Below, in pieces: positions 54,826 through 63,612 of a stretch of DNA of 64,000 nt. The position numbers and the translations under genes are program-made. Under the pieces are notes generated by a model. That model ran no database searches. It was not told the origin of the DNA and saw only the letters and a list, made by a program, of their open reading frames with translations. Positions within the stretch are counted from its first letter, which is position 1, and each line of letters opens with the position of its first letter. The DNA comes from Elusimicrobiota bacterium. Lineage in GTDB: Bacteria > Elusimicrobiota > Elusimicrobia > UBA1565. Where the stretch lies: assembly GCA_043827405.1 (NCBI GenBank), contig JBDRPD010000001.1, forward strand, positions 489 to 64,488. The letters are read 5' to 3'.

Positions 54826-57375
54826 ATGATACGCTTTAAGAAGATTCTCGCCTCGCTTCTCTCAGCCTCCCTGCTGATCGCCCAGCAGGGCTTTTTATTC
54901 CGGGCGGACGCGGCGGTCAAGGTCAATGTCGCGGGAACCGCGAGCGGCGGCGGCGCGGCCGCGGCGGCCGGGGGCTCTCTCGGCGTCAACAATGCATCGC
55001 TTAACAGCCTCCAGCTTTCCAATCAGGGCCTGAACCTCAAGACCGGCGTCCTGCCTTCGGTCGGCAACATTCAGGCGGAGATAAATCCGCAGTCGTTAAT
55101 AAAGTCGGTCGCCCTTCCCAAGGCGGTCGCCGCGCAGGGGATCGCCGGCAAAGTCAAAGCCGCTGAATCGATTGCGCAGCCGGGAGCGGAGACCAAGGAA
55201 GCGAAGGTTTCTCCCTCCGCGCAGGCCCGGACGCTGTCGCGCGAGCTCGCAAAGAGCTCTAAGAAGGAGCGCGGCGGCCTGCTCAGCAAGTTTTTCGACA
55301 GCTCCAAGCACGGCCTGTCGCATAAGGATGCGGCGGTCGAGCCGGGCGAGGGCGATTTCGGCGGCGGCCGCAGCGGGCTCAATAAGAAGCCCGGCCTCAA
55401 AGAGCTGCGCACGCTGCTCGTTGACGGTACGGTCGCCGAGGACGGTCCGCTCCAGCCTTTCGGCTTCCGGACGCCGGATGGGACTTATGTCGCGGCGCCG
55501 ACGGCGGGTCTGGAATCCTTCTTTGAAGCCAAGCAGACCCATGAATGGCGCCATGGTGAGGCGAACTCGTCCGGACAGGTCAACGATTACTTCAACTATC
55601 TCGACGCGCTTCTCGCGCCGCTGGCCTGGACGGTAGAGATTCGACGCGATCTGAGGACCCTCAAGCTTTTGGCGATGGATGACCTGGCGAAAAACCGCGC
55701 GCTTAACGAGCTTCTTATAAAGACCGTCGGCCGGATTCAGAGCATGGAGGTCAAGGAAATTCTGGCCGGCTCCAAGGCGCCGAACTCTTTGGAAGAGGCG
55801 ACGCTGGATATCGATCCGAACCGGGAGTACTACCCCTCGCCGGAAGATTGGCGCGACGAGGTCATCTACTTCTCCATGATCGACCGCTTTTCACGGAGCA
55901 AGAAGGGGATGCCGCGCGGCGACCCTAAAGACGGCGGCTCCCGTCATGGCGGCGACATCCGGGGCATCATCGACCGCCTGGACTACATCAAGGAGTCCGG
56001 CGTTACTTCAATCCTTTTCACCCCGGTTACCATGGGATTGCCCAAGGCCTATCATGGCTACGCTCCCCTGCATCTCCTCGAAGTCGATCCCCATCTGGGC
56101 ACCATGGAGGATTACAAGGAGATGGTCCGCGAGGCGCATAAGCGCGGCATCCGGGTTATTATGGACCTGGTCCTCAACCATACCGGGCCGGTTTTCGAGT
56201 ACAAAGACGGCAGCCGCTGGTCGGGTGTCGATAAGCCGCGCAAAGAGATCGACGATTGGACCTTTGACCTGAAGCCCGTTGAGCTTAAGGACGCGGGACG
56301 CTTCTCGCGGCGGGGCGTCATCGACGACTGGCAGCATCCGGACCAGGTGACCAAGGGCGACTTCCCGCCCAACTACCGGCACTTCCGGACCGACGATCCC
56401 AAGACGCGCAAGATGCTGACCCAGGTGGCGCTGTGGTGGCTCAAAGAAACCGATGTCGACGGTTTCCGCCTCGATGCCATTCGCCATGTCGATCCCTCTT
56501 TCTGGCCGGAGTTCAACCGCGCGGTGCGGCAATACGCCGCCAAGCTCGGCAAGAAGAACTTCTTCCTGCTGGGCGAGAACTCGACCGGGGTGGACTGGGA
56601 GCTGCTGCAGTATATGGGGAAGGACCAGTTTGACAGCACCTACAACTATCCGTCTTACCGCCGAGACAATAAGGCGCTGCACGGCGCCGCGCCGACGAAA
56701 GCGCTCGAAGACAGCATTAAGGCCAACCTCTCGGTTCTCGGCGGCTTTGCCGGGTACTTATTACGCTTCATCGATCTGCACGACACCTACCGCTTCCTGC
56801 GCTCGCGCGAGCCCATCAACATCCTCAAGCTGGGGATGACCTACCTGATGTTCTCGCTCGGCATCCCGATCGTCTACGCCGGCACGGAGCAGGCCATGCG
56901 GCAGTACGTCGACAGCCTGGACCCGGAGGGGCCGCACCAGCCGGCCGACCCGCAGAACCGTGAGGACATGTTCCCCGAGGGGCAGTTTAAGTCCGAGAGC
57001 TCCAAGGGCGATATGTTTAATGCGGAATCGGACACTTTTAAGTTCCTGCGCCGGCTCGCGGACCTGCGGCAAAAGCATCCGGCCCTGCGCCGCGGCGAAC
57101 ACCAACCGCGCTGGGTCGATCCTTACGGCCCCGGCATCTATGCATTCAGCCGCATCTACGGTGACGAGGAGGTCCTGGTGGTTATGAACACCTCCGGCGT
57201 CGAGCGCTCGGCCTCCATGTACGTTGACGCCGAGCGCAGCCCGGGCGGCACCCGGTTCGCCGACGAGCTCGACCGCGCCTACACGGGCGTCGCCAAGACC
57301 CACCCCGAAGGCGGCTCCATGCTCGACGTCACCGTCCCCGCCAACGGCGTGCGCGTCCTCGTCCGCCGCCGCTAA
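54826..57375 (+). CDS. Conserved leader, unknown helical domain and GH13 alpha-amylase/CGTase-like hydrolase
   Basis: Start ATG 54826; DWRDEVIYF..IDRF, YHGY, DLVLNHTG, DGFRLDAIRH, GENST, FIDLHDT. Confidence 0.92.
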   Translation: MIRFKKILASLLSASLLIAQQGFLFRADAAVKVNVAGTASGGGAAAAAGGSLGVNNASLNSLQLSNQGLNLKTGVLPSVGNIQAEINPQSLIKSVALPKAVAAQGIAGKVKAAESIAQPGAETKEAKVSPSAQARTLSRELAKSSKKERGGLLSKFFDSSKHGLSHKDAAVEPGEGDFGGGRSGLNKKPGLKELRTLLVDGTVAEDGPLQPFGFRTPDGTYVAAPTAGLESFFEAKQTHEWRHGEANSSGQVNDYFNYLDALLAPLAWTVEIRRDLRTLKLLAMDDLAKNRALNELLIKTVGRIQSMEVKEILAGSKAPNSLEEATLDIDPNREYYPSPEDWRDEVIYFSMIDRFSRSKKGMPRGDPKDGGSRHGGDIRGIIDRLDYIKESGVTSILFTPVTMGLPKAYHGYAPLHLLEVDPHLGTMEDYKEMVREAHKRGIRVIMDLVLNHTGPVFEYKDGSRWSGVDKPRKEIDDWTFDLKPVELKDAGRFSRRGVIDDWQHPDQVTKGDFPPNYRHFRTDDPKTRKMLTQVALWWLKETDVDGFRLDAIRHVDPSFWPEFNRAVRQYAAKLGKKNFFLLGENSTGVDWELLQYMGKDQFDSTYNYPSYRRDNKALHGAAPTKALEDSIKANLSVLGGFAGYLLRFIDLHDTYRFLRSREPINILKLGMTYLMFSLGIPIVYAGTEQAMRQYVDSLDPEGPHQPADPQNREDMFPEGQFKSESSKGDMFNAESDTFKFLRRLADLRQKHPALRRGEHQPRWVDPYGPGIYAFSRIYGDEEVLVVMNTSGVERSASMYVDAERSPGGTRFADELDRAYTGVAKTHPEGGSMLDVTVPANGVRVLVRRR

Positions 57376-59781
57376 ATGAGCCCGCAGTCCTGGCTCGGAA
57401 AATCCATTTACTTCATTCTGACCGACCGCTTCTACAACGGCGACAAGTCCAATGACGACTTCGGCCAAGGTGAGTACGATCCCCAGAGCGACGATTGCTT
57501 CCAGGGCGGCGATCTTAATGGCATAACGCGCAAGCTCCCGCATATCAGGAAGCTGGGCTTCGACGCGATCTGGCTCACTCCGCCGGTGCATAACCAGTGG
57601 ATCAACCCCTATATCGCGACCCGGGGCTTCCACGGCTACTGGGCCTACGATTTTACCCGGGTCGATCCCCATTTCGGCACCTTGGAGGATTACAAGAGGC
57701 TGGTGCGCGAGGCGCATAAGCTCGGCCTCAAGGTGATCCAGGATATCGTCGTTAACCACACGGGCAACTTCTTTACGGTCGACGACAAAGGCTACGATCC
57801 CCGGAAGCCGGAAAAGAACTGGCGCGGCGTGATCAAGAAGGGCGCCAAGGCGCCGCGTGATCCGGTCTTCAAGCTGAACAACCCGAACAATCCCGCGCAC
57901 AAGAAGGCGGGCGTCTACAACTTCACGCCCAATATCTCCGATTTCAAGAGCCGTGAGCAGACCTTGACCTACTCCATGGGCGACCTCGACGACATCAACC
58001 TGCGCAGCCCGCTGGCCGCCAACCGGATGAAGGAGATCTACCGCTACTGGATCGAGGAAGTGGGGATCGACGGCTACCGGGTCGATACCGTCTACTACAC
58101 GCCGGAGGATTTCTACGAGGGCTTTCTCTACGATGATTCGCCGCAGCACCCCGGCATCAAGCGGGGGAACAAGGACTTCTTCGTCTTCGGCGAGGTGTGG
58201 TCCTACGACTATAAGGCGATAAATAAATATCTCAAAGACGGACGGACAAAGCGGCTGGACTCCGCGATCGACCTGCCGCTCAACGAGGCCCTGACCCAGG
58301 TATTCTATCGCAAGACCCCGACCGAGGACCTGCGCAAAGCGCTGTCCGCCCGGCGGCACAACCGGAACCTGTGGGTCAATTTCCTCGACAACCACGACGT
58401 CGAACGGATGAACAGCCGCGCCAACTGGCGCAGCGTCCGGCAGTCCTTGGTCGCGCTGTTTACGCTGCCCGGCATCCCCTGCGTTTACTACGGCACCGAA
58501 GCCGGCTTCAAGGCGGCGCGGCAGAATATGTTCAAGGACAGCTGCTACGATGAGAAATCGAAGTATTGCCGGTTTCTGCGCCAACTGCTTCGCTTGCGCA
58601 AACAGCATCCGGCCCTGAGCCGCGGCGCCTGCTCGGTCGAGCGGGCCTCGTTCTCCTGCGGGGTGCTGTCCTATGCGGTCGAGCATGCCGGAGAGCGCTA
58701 CCTGATGGTCTTTAATACGGCGCCGGACCGCATGTTCTATGAGCTGGAGGAGGGGCGGTCTTATCAGGTGCTGCTGTCATCCGAGAAGGATCGAGCGGCC
58801 GGCGGTGCAATGATATTAGCGCCGGAGTCGTACTACGTGCTCAAGGCCGGGGGACGCAAGGAGAAAGCCGGGAAGGGCCGGCCGAATATCCGCATGCGTC
58901 CGCTGCGTCCGGGAACATACTCCGACGACATCGGCATCCGCTTCCGGCTCGACAAGCCCGGGAAGATCAGCGGCCTGTATCTGCTCTCTAACGACAACTT
59001 CGATAAGAGGGTCAAGATCGCACAGCCCCGGGACGGCAAGCTTAGTCTACGCGCCGCCGAGCTTGATAACGGCAAGCATCGTCTGCGCCTGCTGGCGAAG
59101 ACCGGGACCCAAAGCTTCAGTGCGTCCGCCAGCTCGGAGATCACGGTGCGCAACGCTTACCGGCGGCTGACGGATTTTACGCTGCCGGCGGGAAATAAGG
59201 GCGGCCTGGACTGCGAGCTTCATATTCCCGCGGACCCGAGCTATGACCGGCAGTGCTCAATCGAACGCGTCAGCGTCTATTCGAGCGGCAGGGATTTGCG
59301 GCTGCAGCTGAAGATGGCCAATGTCACCGATGATTGGAACCCGCCGCACGGCTACGATCACGTCTACTTTAATGTGCTCTTCGACTTCCCCGGGGAAAAG
59401 GGCCGGTGCTTTTTCCCGAAGATGAACTACCGGTGCCGGGATTTCGCGTTCAATGCCGGCTTTCTGCTTTACGGCTGGGGCGCCCAGTCCTACGGGACGA
59501 AAGGTGCGTCGGAGGACGCCTACGGCGAGCCGCTGTTCGGGGAGATCGTGCAGGCCGCTGATTTAAAGACGCAAACGATCACTTTTACGTTTTCCAGCAA
59601 GTTCTTCGATTCCCTGAAGACGCTCGACGGGGTAAAGATCTTCCTCTCCACCTGGGACGGCTATCTCGCGGATTTCCGCAAGATCGCGAACCGGAAATCG
59701 GACTGGGAATTCTATACCCTCAAAAGCGGGCGCATCGAGGATGTTCCCCGCATCTTCGATTATGCGATAATCCGTATCTAG
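57376..59781 (+). CDS. GH13 alpha-amylase-family hydrolase with C-terminal glucodextranase DOMON-like domain; no signal peptide
   Basis: IYFILTDRF, FHGYW, DIVVNHTG, DGYRVDT, FGEVW, FLDNHD; C-terminal WNPPHGYDHVYFNVLFD. Confidence 0.92.
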   Translation: MSPQSWLGKSIYFILTDRFYNGDKSNDDFGQGEYDPQSDDCFQGGDLNGITRKLPHIRKLGFDAIWLTPPVHNQWINPYIATRGFHGYWAYDFTRVDPHFGTLEDYKRLVREAHKLGLKVIQDIVVNHTGNFFTVDDKGYDPRKPEKNWRGVIKKGAKAPRDPVFKLNNPNNPAHKKAGVYNFTPNISDFKSREQTLTYSMGDLDDINLRSPLAANRMKEIYRYWIEEVGIDGYRVDTVYYTPEDFYEGFLYDDSPQHPGIKRGNKDFFVFGEVWSYDYKAINKYLKDGRTKRLDSAIDLPLNEALTQVFYRKTPTEDLRKALSARRHNRNLWVNFLDNHDVERMNSRANWRSVRQSLVALFTLPGIPCVYYGTEAGFKAARQNMFKDSCYDEKSKYCRFLRQLLRLRKQHPALSRGACSVERASFSCGVLSYAVEHAGERYLMVFNTAPDRMFYELEEGRSYQVLLSSEKDRAAGGAMILAPESYYVLKAGGRKEKAGKGRPNIRMRPLRPGTYSDDIGIRFRLDKPGKISGLYLLSNDNFDKRVKIAQPRDGKLSLRAAELDNGKHRLRLLAKTGTQSFSASASSEITVRNAYRRLTDFTLPAGNKGGLDCELHIPADPSYDRQCSIERVSVYSSGRDLRLQLKMANVTDDWNPPHGYDHVYFNVLFDFPGEKGRCFFPKMNYRCRDFAFNAGFLLYGWGAQSYGTKGASEDAYGEPLFGEIVQAADLKTQTITFTFSSKFFDSLKTLDGVKIFLSTWDGYLADFRKIANRKSDWEFYTLKSGRIEDVPRIFDYAIIRI

Positions 59782-59789
59782 AGTCCCCC

Positions 59790-60995
59790 ATGCCTTTACC
59801 TGCGAACAAGGATGTGGTCGTCATCGCCCTCGACACCGCGGCGGATAAGCGTGAGTACTTTCTGTGCTCCGGCTCGGATCTCGGCGGCGGAGACGGCTTT
59901 AAGAAGGTGCGGCCCGGCACCCTCTTCGCGCCGGAGAACGACGCCTTTTTCGCGTCGTTGGCGGACGGCGGCAGGGTTCACATTATCGTCTATCCGACGC
60001 GTACCTACTCCGAAGGTTTCGGCGGCAGCATGTTCTCGGACATCGCCCCCGAGGATCGCCGGATGATTCGCAAGATAAGGGCGCGCTACGAGGATAGAAC
60101 GGACTGCTGCAAGGTTCCGCTCAGCGATACGCTGCTGTTCGAGGGGCTGGAGAAGTATTTCGCCGGCGACGAGGAGCGGGCGCGGTACCGCAGTGAGAAA
60201 AGCGCGCCGGTCGAGAAGAAGCAGGAGCGGATCAAGAGGGAGGGGAAGCGCGGCTTTTTTACGGTCGATCCGAAGTATCTCATCAACATCAAAGAAATAT
60301 TTGTCAGCTGCATGACCCGCCCCAACCGCCAGGACTATATGTGGCTGGCGACCAAGACCTTTGGGCTGAACCTGGTGGTCCGGCTCTTCTTTGTCTGCAA
60401 GGGGGTGATGAGCGGAGACCTGTCGATGGTCCGCGCCGTTCTTTCCACGACCTGGTACCAGATCCAGGACGCCGTCTTCACGGTCTTCGGCCAGACCTAT
60501 ATGAAGTTCCTTGGCAAGATGACCGGGCTTATCCGCATTCGCAACGCGCAGGTCGGGGACTTCGTCTTCGTCTACTTCCAGCTCTGCGGCTTCGAGTTCC
60601 TCAACCGTCTGCTGCTGGGCCCTCTTGGAGAGAACCCGCTCGTCTATACCGGGTTCGGCATCGGGCTCATCTTCGTCAATATCCTGCAGGGCATGCTCTC
60701 CGGCGGTCCGCTTATTCCCGCGATCAATAAGATGCGGCGGGCCGGAGTCATCAGCCACCCGGTGATGATGCATCTCTATCAGGCCTCGAGCTTGACCATG
60801 CAGTTCGGCCTGTTGGCGAGCTTCGGCTACCAGACCTTCTACGCGATACTAACCGGCGCCGTGCTGGTCTTCTCTTGGTCGAGCTACGTGATCTTCTCGA
60901 CCTTCTTCAAGGACCCGGAGTTTTCCGGCGTCACCGACCGGGAGCTGATGGCCAAGCTCGACGGTCTCGCCGCCAAGTGCTACGCCTCCTCCTGA
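59790..60995 (+). CDS. Unknown soluble N-terminal domain plus membrane domain X; no leader
   Basis: C-terminal ~200 aa align without gaps to 53425..54723. Confidence 0.85.
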   Translation: MPLPANKDVVVIALDTAADKREYFLCSGSDLGGGDGFKKVRPGTLFAPENDAFFASLADGGRVHIIVYPTRTYSEGFGGSMFSDIAPEDRRMIRKIRARYEDRTDCCKVPLSDTLLFEGLEKYFAGDEERARYRSEKSAPVEKKQERIKREGKRGFFTVDPKYLINIKEIFVSCMTRPNRQDYMWLATKTFGLNLVVRLFFVCKGVMSGDLSMVRAVLSTTWYQIQDAVFTVFGQTYMKFLGKMTGLIRIRNAQVGDFVFVYFQLCGFEFLNRLLLGPLGENPLVYTGFGIGLIFVNILQGMLSGGPLIPAINKMRRAGVISHPVMMHLYQASSLTMQFGLLASFGYQTFYAILTGAVLVFSWSSYVIFSTFFKDPEFSGVTDRELMAKLDGLAAKCYASS

Positions 60996-61018
60996 GCGCT
61001 GCTCTCTGAGCTCGCCGC

Positions 61019-61082
61019 TTCCGTCGACTGTCTTTCCTCCGCGCTGGGCAAGGTCTACGCTTCGTCAAGACAGTCGACGGAA
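61019..61082. repeat. Perfect 16-bp inverted repeat with 32-nt loop between convergent genes (terminator- or REP-like)
   Basis: ttccgtcgactgtctt ... aagacagtcgacggaa. Confidence 0.75.
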
Positions 61083-61128
61083 TCGGCTTGGCCGGGAGCA
61101 GCCAGGTCCGGCCGTCGGCGCGCACGGA

Positions 61129-62343
61129 TCAGTAGAGGAGGAAGGCGGCGCGCTCGTTGACGAAGCGCCGGGCTTCGGTGGTGAAGAACTTATTGATATC
61201 GGCGGCGCTGGCCCCGCTGTCGTAGAGCTTGTTGAACACGGGGCTCCCCGTCATCAGCGTCATGCGCTCCGGCTGGAGCGTAAACTGCTCGGGGTGGGCG
61301 TCGCGCAGCGCCGTGACGAGATGGGCGAAGACGGCGAGCGGCTCTACGGCGCCGCGGTCGGTGACGATGATGCGTATCCCGTGCGTTTTCTCGCCGGCGT
61401 AGACGCTCTTCTCCGGAGTGAGCGTCTGCGGCTTGAACTCGACGCCCTTGAGGCCGGCCTTTTTCAGCCGCTTGATTACGCGTTTGGGCTTGAGCCATGG
61501 CGCGCCGAGCCAGCGGAACGGCACCGGCGTCCCCCGGCCGACCGACAGGTTGCTGGCCTCGAAGCAGCCCGTCCCCGGATACAGCGCCGCCGAGTCAAGG
61601 TCCGGCATATTGGGCGACGGCCGCACCCAGAGCAGGTCCGTCTGGTCATGCCACATCTCCCGGCGCCAGCCCTTGAGCGCGATGACCTGTAGCTTGGCGC
61701 CCAGGCGGGCGTGGAAGTTGAAGATGCGTGCGAGCTCGCCCATGGTCATGCCGTGACGGACCGGGACGGGCATGTAGGCGATGAAGTGCCGGATGCCGGG
61801 CTCGAGCACGGGCCCTTCGACGGCCGTGCCGCCGATGGGGTTGGGCCGGTCGAGGACGAAGAACTCGATATTCTGCCGCTTCGCGGCTTCGAGAGCCATG
61901 GCCATGGTCGTGGAATAGGTGTAGAAGCGCGCGCCGATCCCCTGAATGTCGAAGACCAGCGCGTCGAGTCCCTTGAGCATATCGGCTGTCGGGGCCCGCG
62001 TCGAGCCGTAGAGGCTGTGCAGGGGAATCTTCCGGCCGTCCGGGAGGATGTATTGGCCGGATTCGACGGATTCCTGTTCCATCGTGCCGGCGAAGCCGTG
62101 CTCCGGAGAAAACAGCGCCTTAAGCTCCAGCCCGGGGGCATTGGCGAGGATTGAGACGGTGGTGCGGCCCTTGCGATCGATGCCCGTCTGATTTGTGATC
62201 AGGCCGATGCGCTTGTCTTTGAGTTCACGGAAACCGTTGTCTTCGAGGACGTCGATGCCCGCGAGAACTTCCGCCGGCGCGGCCGCCGAATGCGCCGGAG
62301 GAGCCCATAACGCGAATAGGAGTAAAAAGCACGCGCCTCTCAT
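61129..62343 (-). CDS. namZ: Exo-beta-N-acetylmuramidase NamZ (DUF1343) family
   Basis: GLITNQTG, LFSPEHG, SLYG, FDIQ.IG.RFYTY, VLDRPNP, RHGMTMGELA, PSPNMP, SVGRGT. Confidence 0.92.
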   Translation of the reverse strand: MRGACFLLLFALWAPPAHSAAAPAEVLAGIDVLEDNGFRELKDKRIGLITNQTGIDRKGRTTVSILANAPGLELKALFSPEHGFAGTMEQESVESGQYILPDGRKIPLHSLYGSTRAPTADMLKGLDALVFDIQGIGARFYTYSTTMAMALEAAKRQNIEFFVLDRPNPIGGTAVEGPVLEPGIRHFIAYMPVPVRHGMTMGELARIFNFHARLGAKLQVIALKGWRREMWHDQTDLLWVRPSPNMPDLDSAALYPGTGCFEASNLSVGRGTPVPFRWLGAPWLKPKRVIKRLKKAGLKGVEFKPQTLTPEKSVYAGEKTHGIRIIVTDRGAVEPLAVFAHLVTALRDAHPEQFTLQPERMTLMTGSPVFNKLYDSGASAADINKFFTTEARRFVNERAAFLLY

Positions 62344-63557
62344 CGCTGTCTTCCCGGCAGCTTCTTAAGCAGAACGTACATGTCCCCCTGGTCCCAGACG
62401 CTGTGCGCCGTGGCCTTTGCCTGCGGCCCATGCCCCATGTAAAGGTCGACGCGGCCCGGGCCCTTGATCGCGCCCCCCGTATCCTGGCAGTGGACGAAGC
62501 GGCGCGCGGGATTCTTGCCGAGCCAGCCGCCCTTGCCGTCGGCTTGGATCATGGTCAGGGAGACGTAGGCTACCGCTCCGAGTGGGACGAACTCCGGGTC
62601 GACCGCGATCGAGCGGCCGGGCGTCAGCGGCTGCCCGATGGAGCCGGAGGGCTCTCCGTCTTTGGTCATGGGCTGGACCGAAAAAAACGTGTAGCGCGGA
62701 TTCTGGCTGATGAGCCAGGCCTCGCCTTCCGGGTGCTGCGCCAGGTAGCGGCGGAGCGTCTCGGCCTTGATCTCCTCCCGGGTCATTGCGCCGGCGCCGA
62801 CGACGGTCAGGCCCACGCTTTTATAGGGCCGGGCGTTGGTCGCGGCGAACAGGGCGAGCGCTTCGCCGCCGTCGGGATAGCGCAGGATGCCGGAGCCCTG
62901 GATGTGGAGGTCCAGCCGGTCGAACTCGTTTTTGAGCCAGGCAACCTCCAGATTCTTGCCGGCGAGCTGCTTGCGGATATCGATGTCGCGCCGGTCGAAG
63001 TAGGGGACGAAGCGGCCGGTCTCGTCCACGCGGCCGATTAGGGTGCTTCCCTTATACTGGTCGCTGAAATCCTCGAGCCGCGCCTCGATCATGTCGGGCG
63101 GCTTGCGGTAGAGCGGATAGGGATACTCCTCGGTGCGTACGCGGCTCGCTTCCAGGACGGGCTGGTAATAGGACGAATAGTGCGCGGAGTGCGGTGTCGT
63201 CGAGCGGTTGAGGCGGAAAAGCTCAAAATCTTCCTTAAGGCGGCGGTCAAATTCGTCCTGCGGCAGGCGCCGGTCGAGTAGCCGGCCAAGCTCCTCGATG
63301 GTGTCGATGAGCCGCTGGGTGCCGACGCGGATATCGCCCAACCGGTAGAGCGCGTCTCCCTTGCCGCGCAGGTAGGCGATGCTGCGCTCGCCGGCCTGCG
63401 CAAAAGTGGCGGGCTCAAGGTCATCGGCGAGCTGCGGCCAGCTCTCCGGGGCGAGACGCTCGACGGCATTTAGCCGGGGCGGAGTTCTGCGTACGGCCGG
63501 CGTTCGGCATGCAGCGGGCAGCGCCGCCGCGAGCAGCAAAAGGGCGGTTTTTCGCAT
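62340..63557 (-). CDS. mltA: Membrane-bound lytic murein transglycosylase MltA family lipoprotein
   Basis: Lipobox-like LPAAC, YYQP, LHIQGSG, NPRYTFF, SIAVD, QDTGGAIKG..R.DLY.G. Confidence 0.92.
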   Translation of the reverse strand: MRKTALLLLAAALPAACRTPAVRRTPPRLNAVERLAPESWPQLADDLEPATFAQAGERSIAYLRGKGDALYRLGDIRVGTQRLIDTIEELGRLLDRRLPQDEFDRRLKEDFELFRLNRSTTPHSAHYSSYYQPVLEASRVRTEEYPYPLYRKPPDMIEARLEDFSDQYKGSTLIGRVDETGRFVPYFDRRDIDIRKQLAGKNLEVAWLKNEFDRLDLHIQGSGILRYPDGGEALALFAATNARPYKSVGLTVVGAGAMTREEIKAETLRRYLAQHPEGEAWLISQNPRYTFFSVQPMTKDGEPSGSIGQPLTPGRSIAVDPEFVPLGAVAYVSLTMIQADGKGGWLGKNPARRFVHCQDTGGAIKGPGRVDLYMGHGPQAKATAHSVWDQGDMYVLLKKLPGRQR

Positions 63558-63612
63558 GGCCGGAGTATAGCAATTCTCCTCCTAAAGAACGCCGGAATGG
63601 TATGATGCCCGG

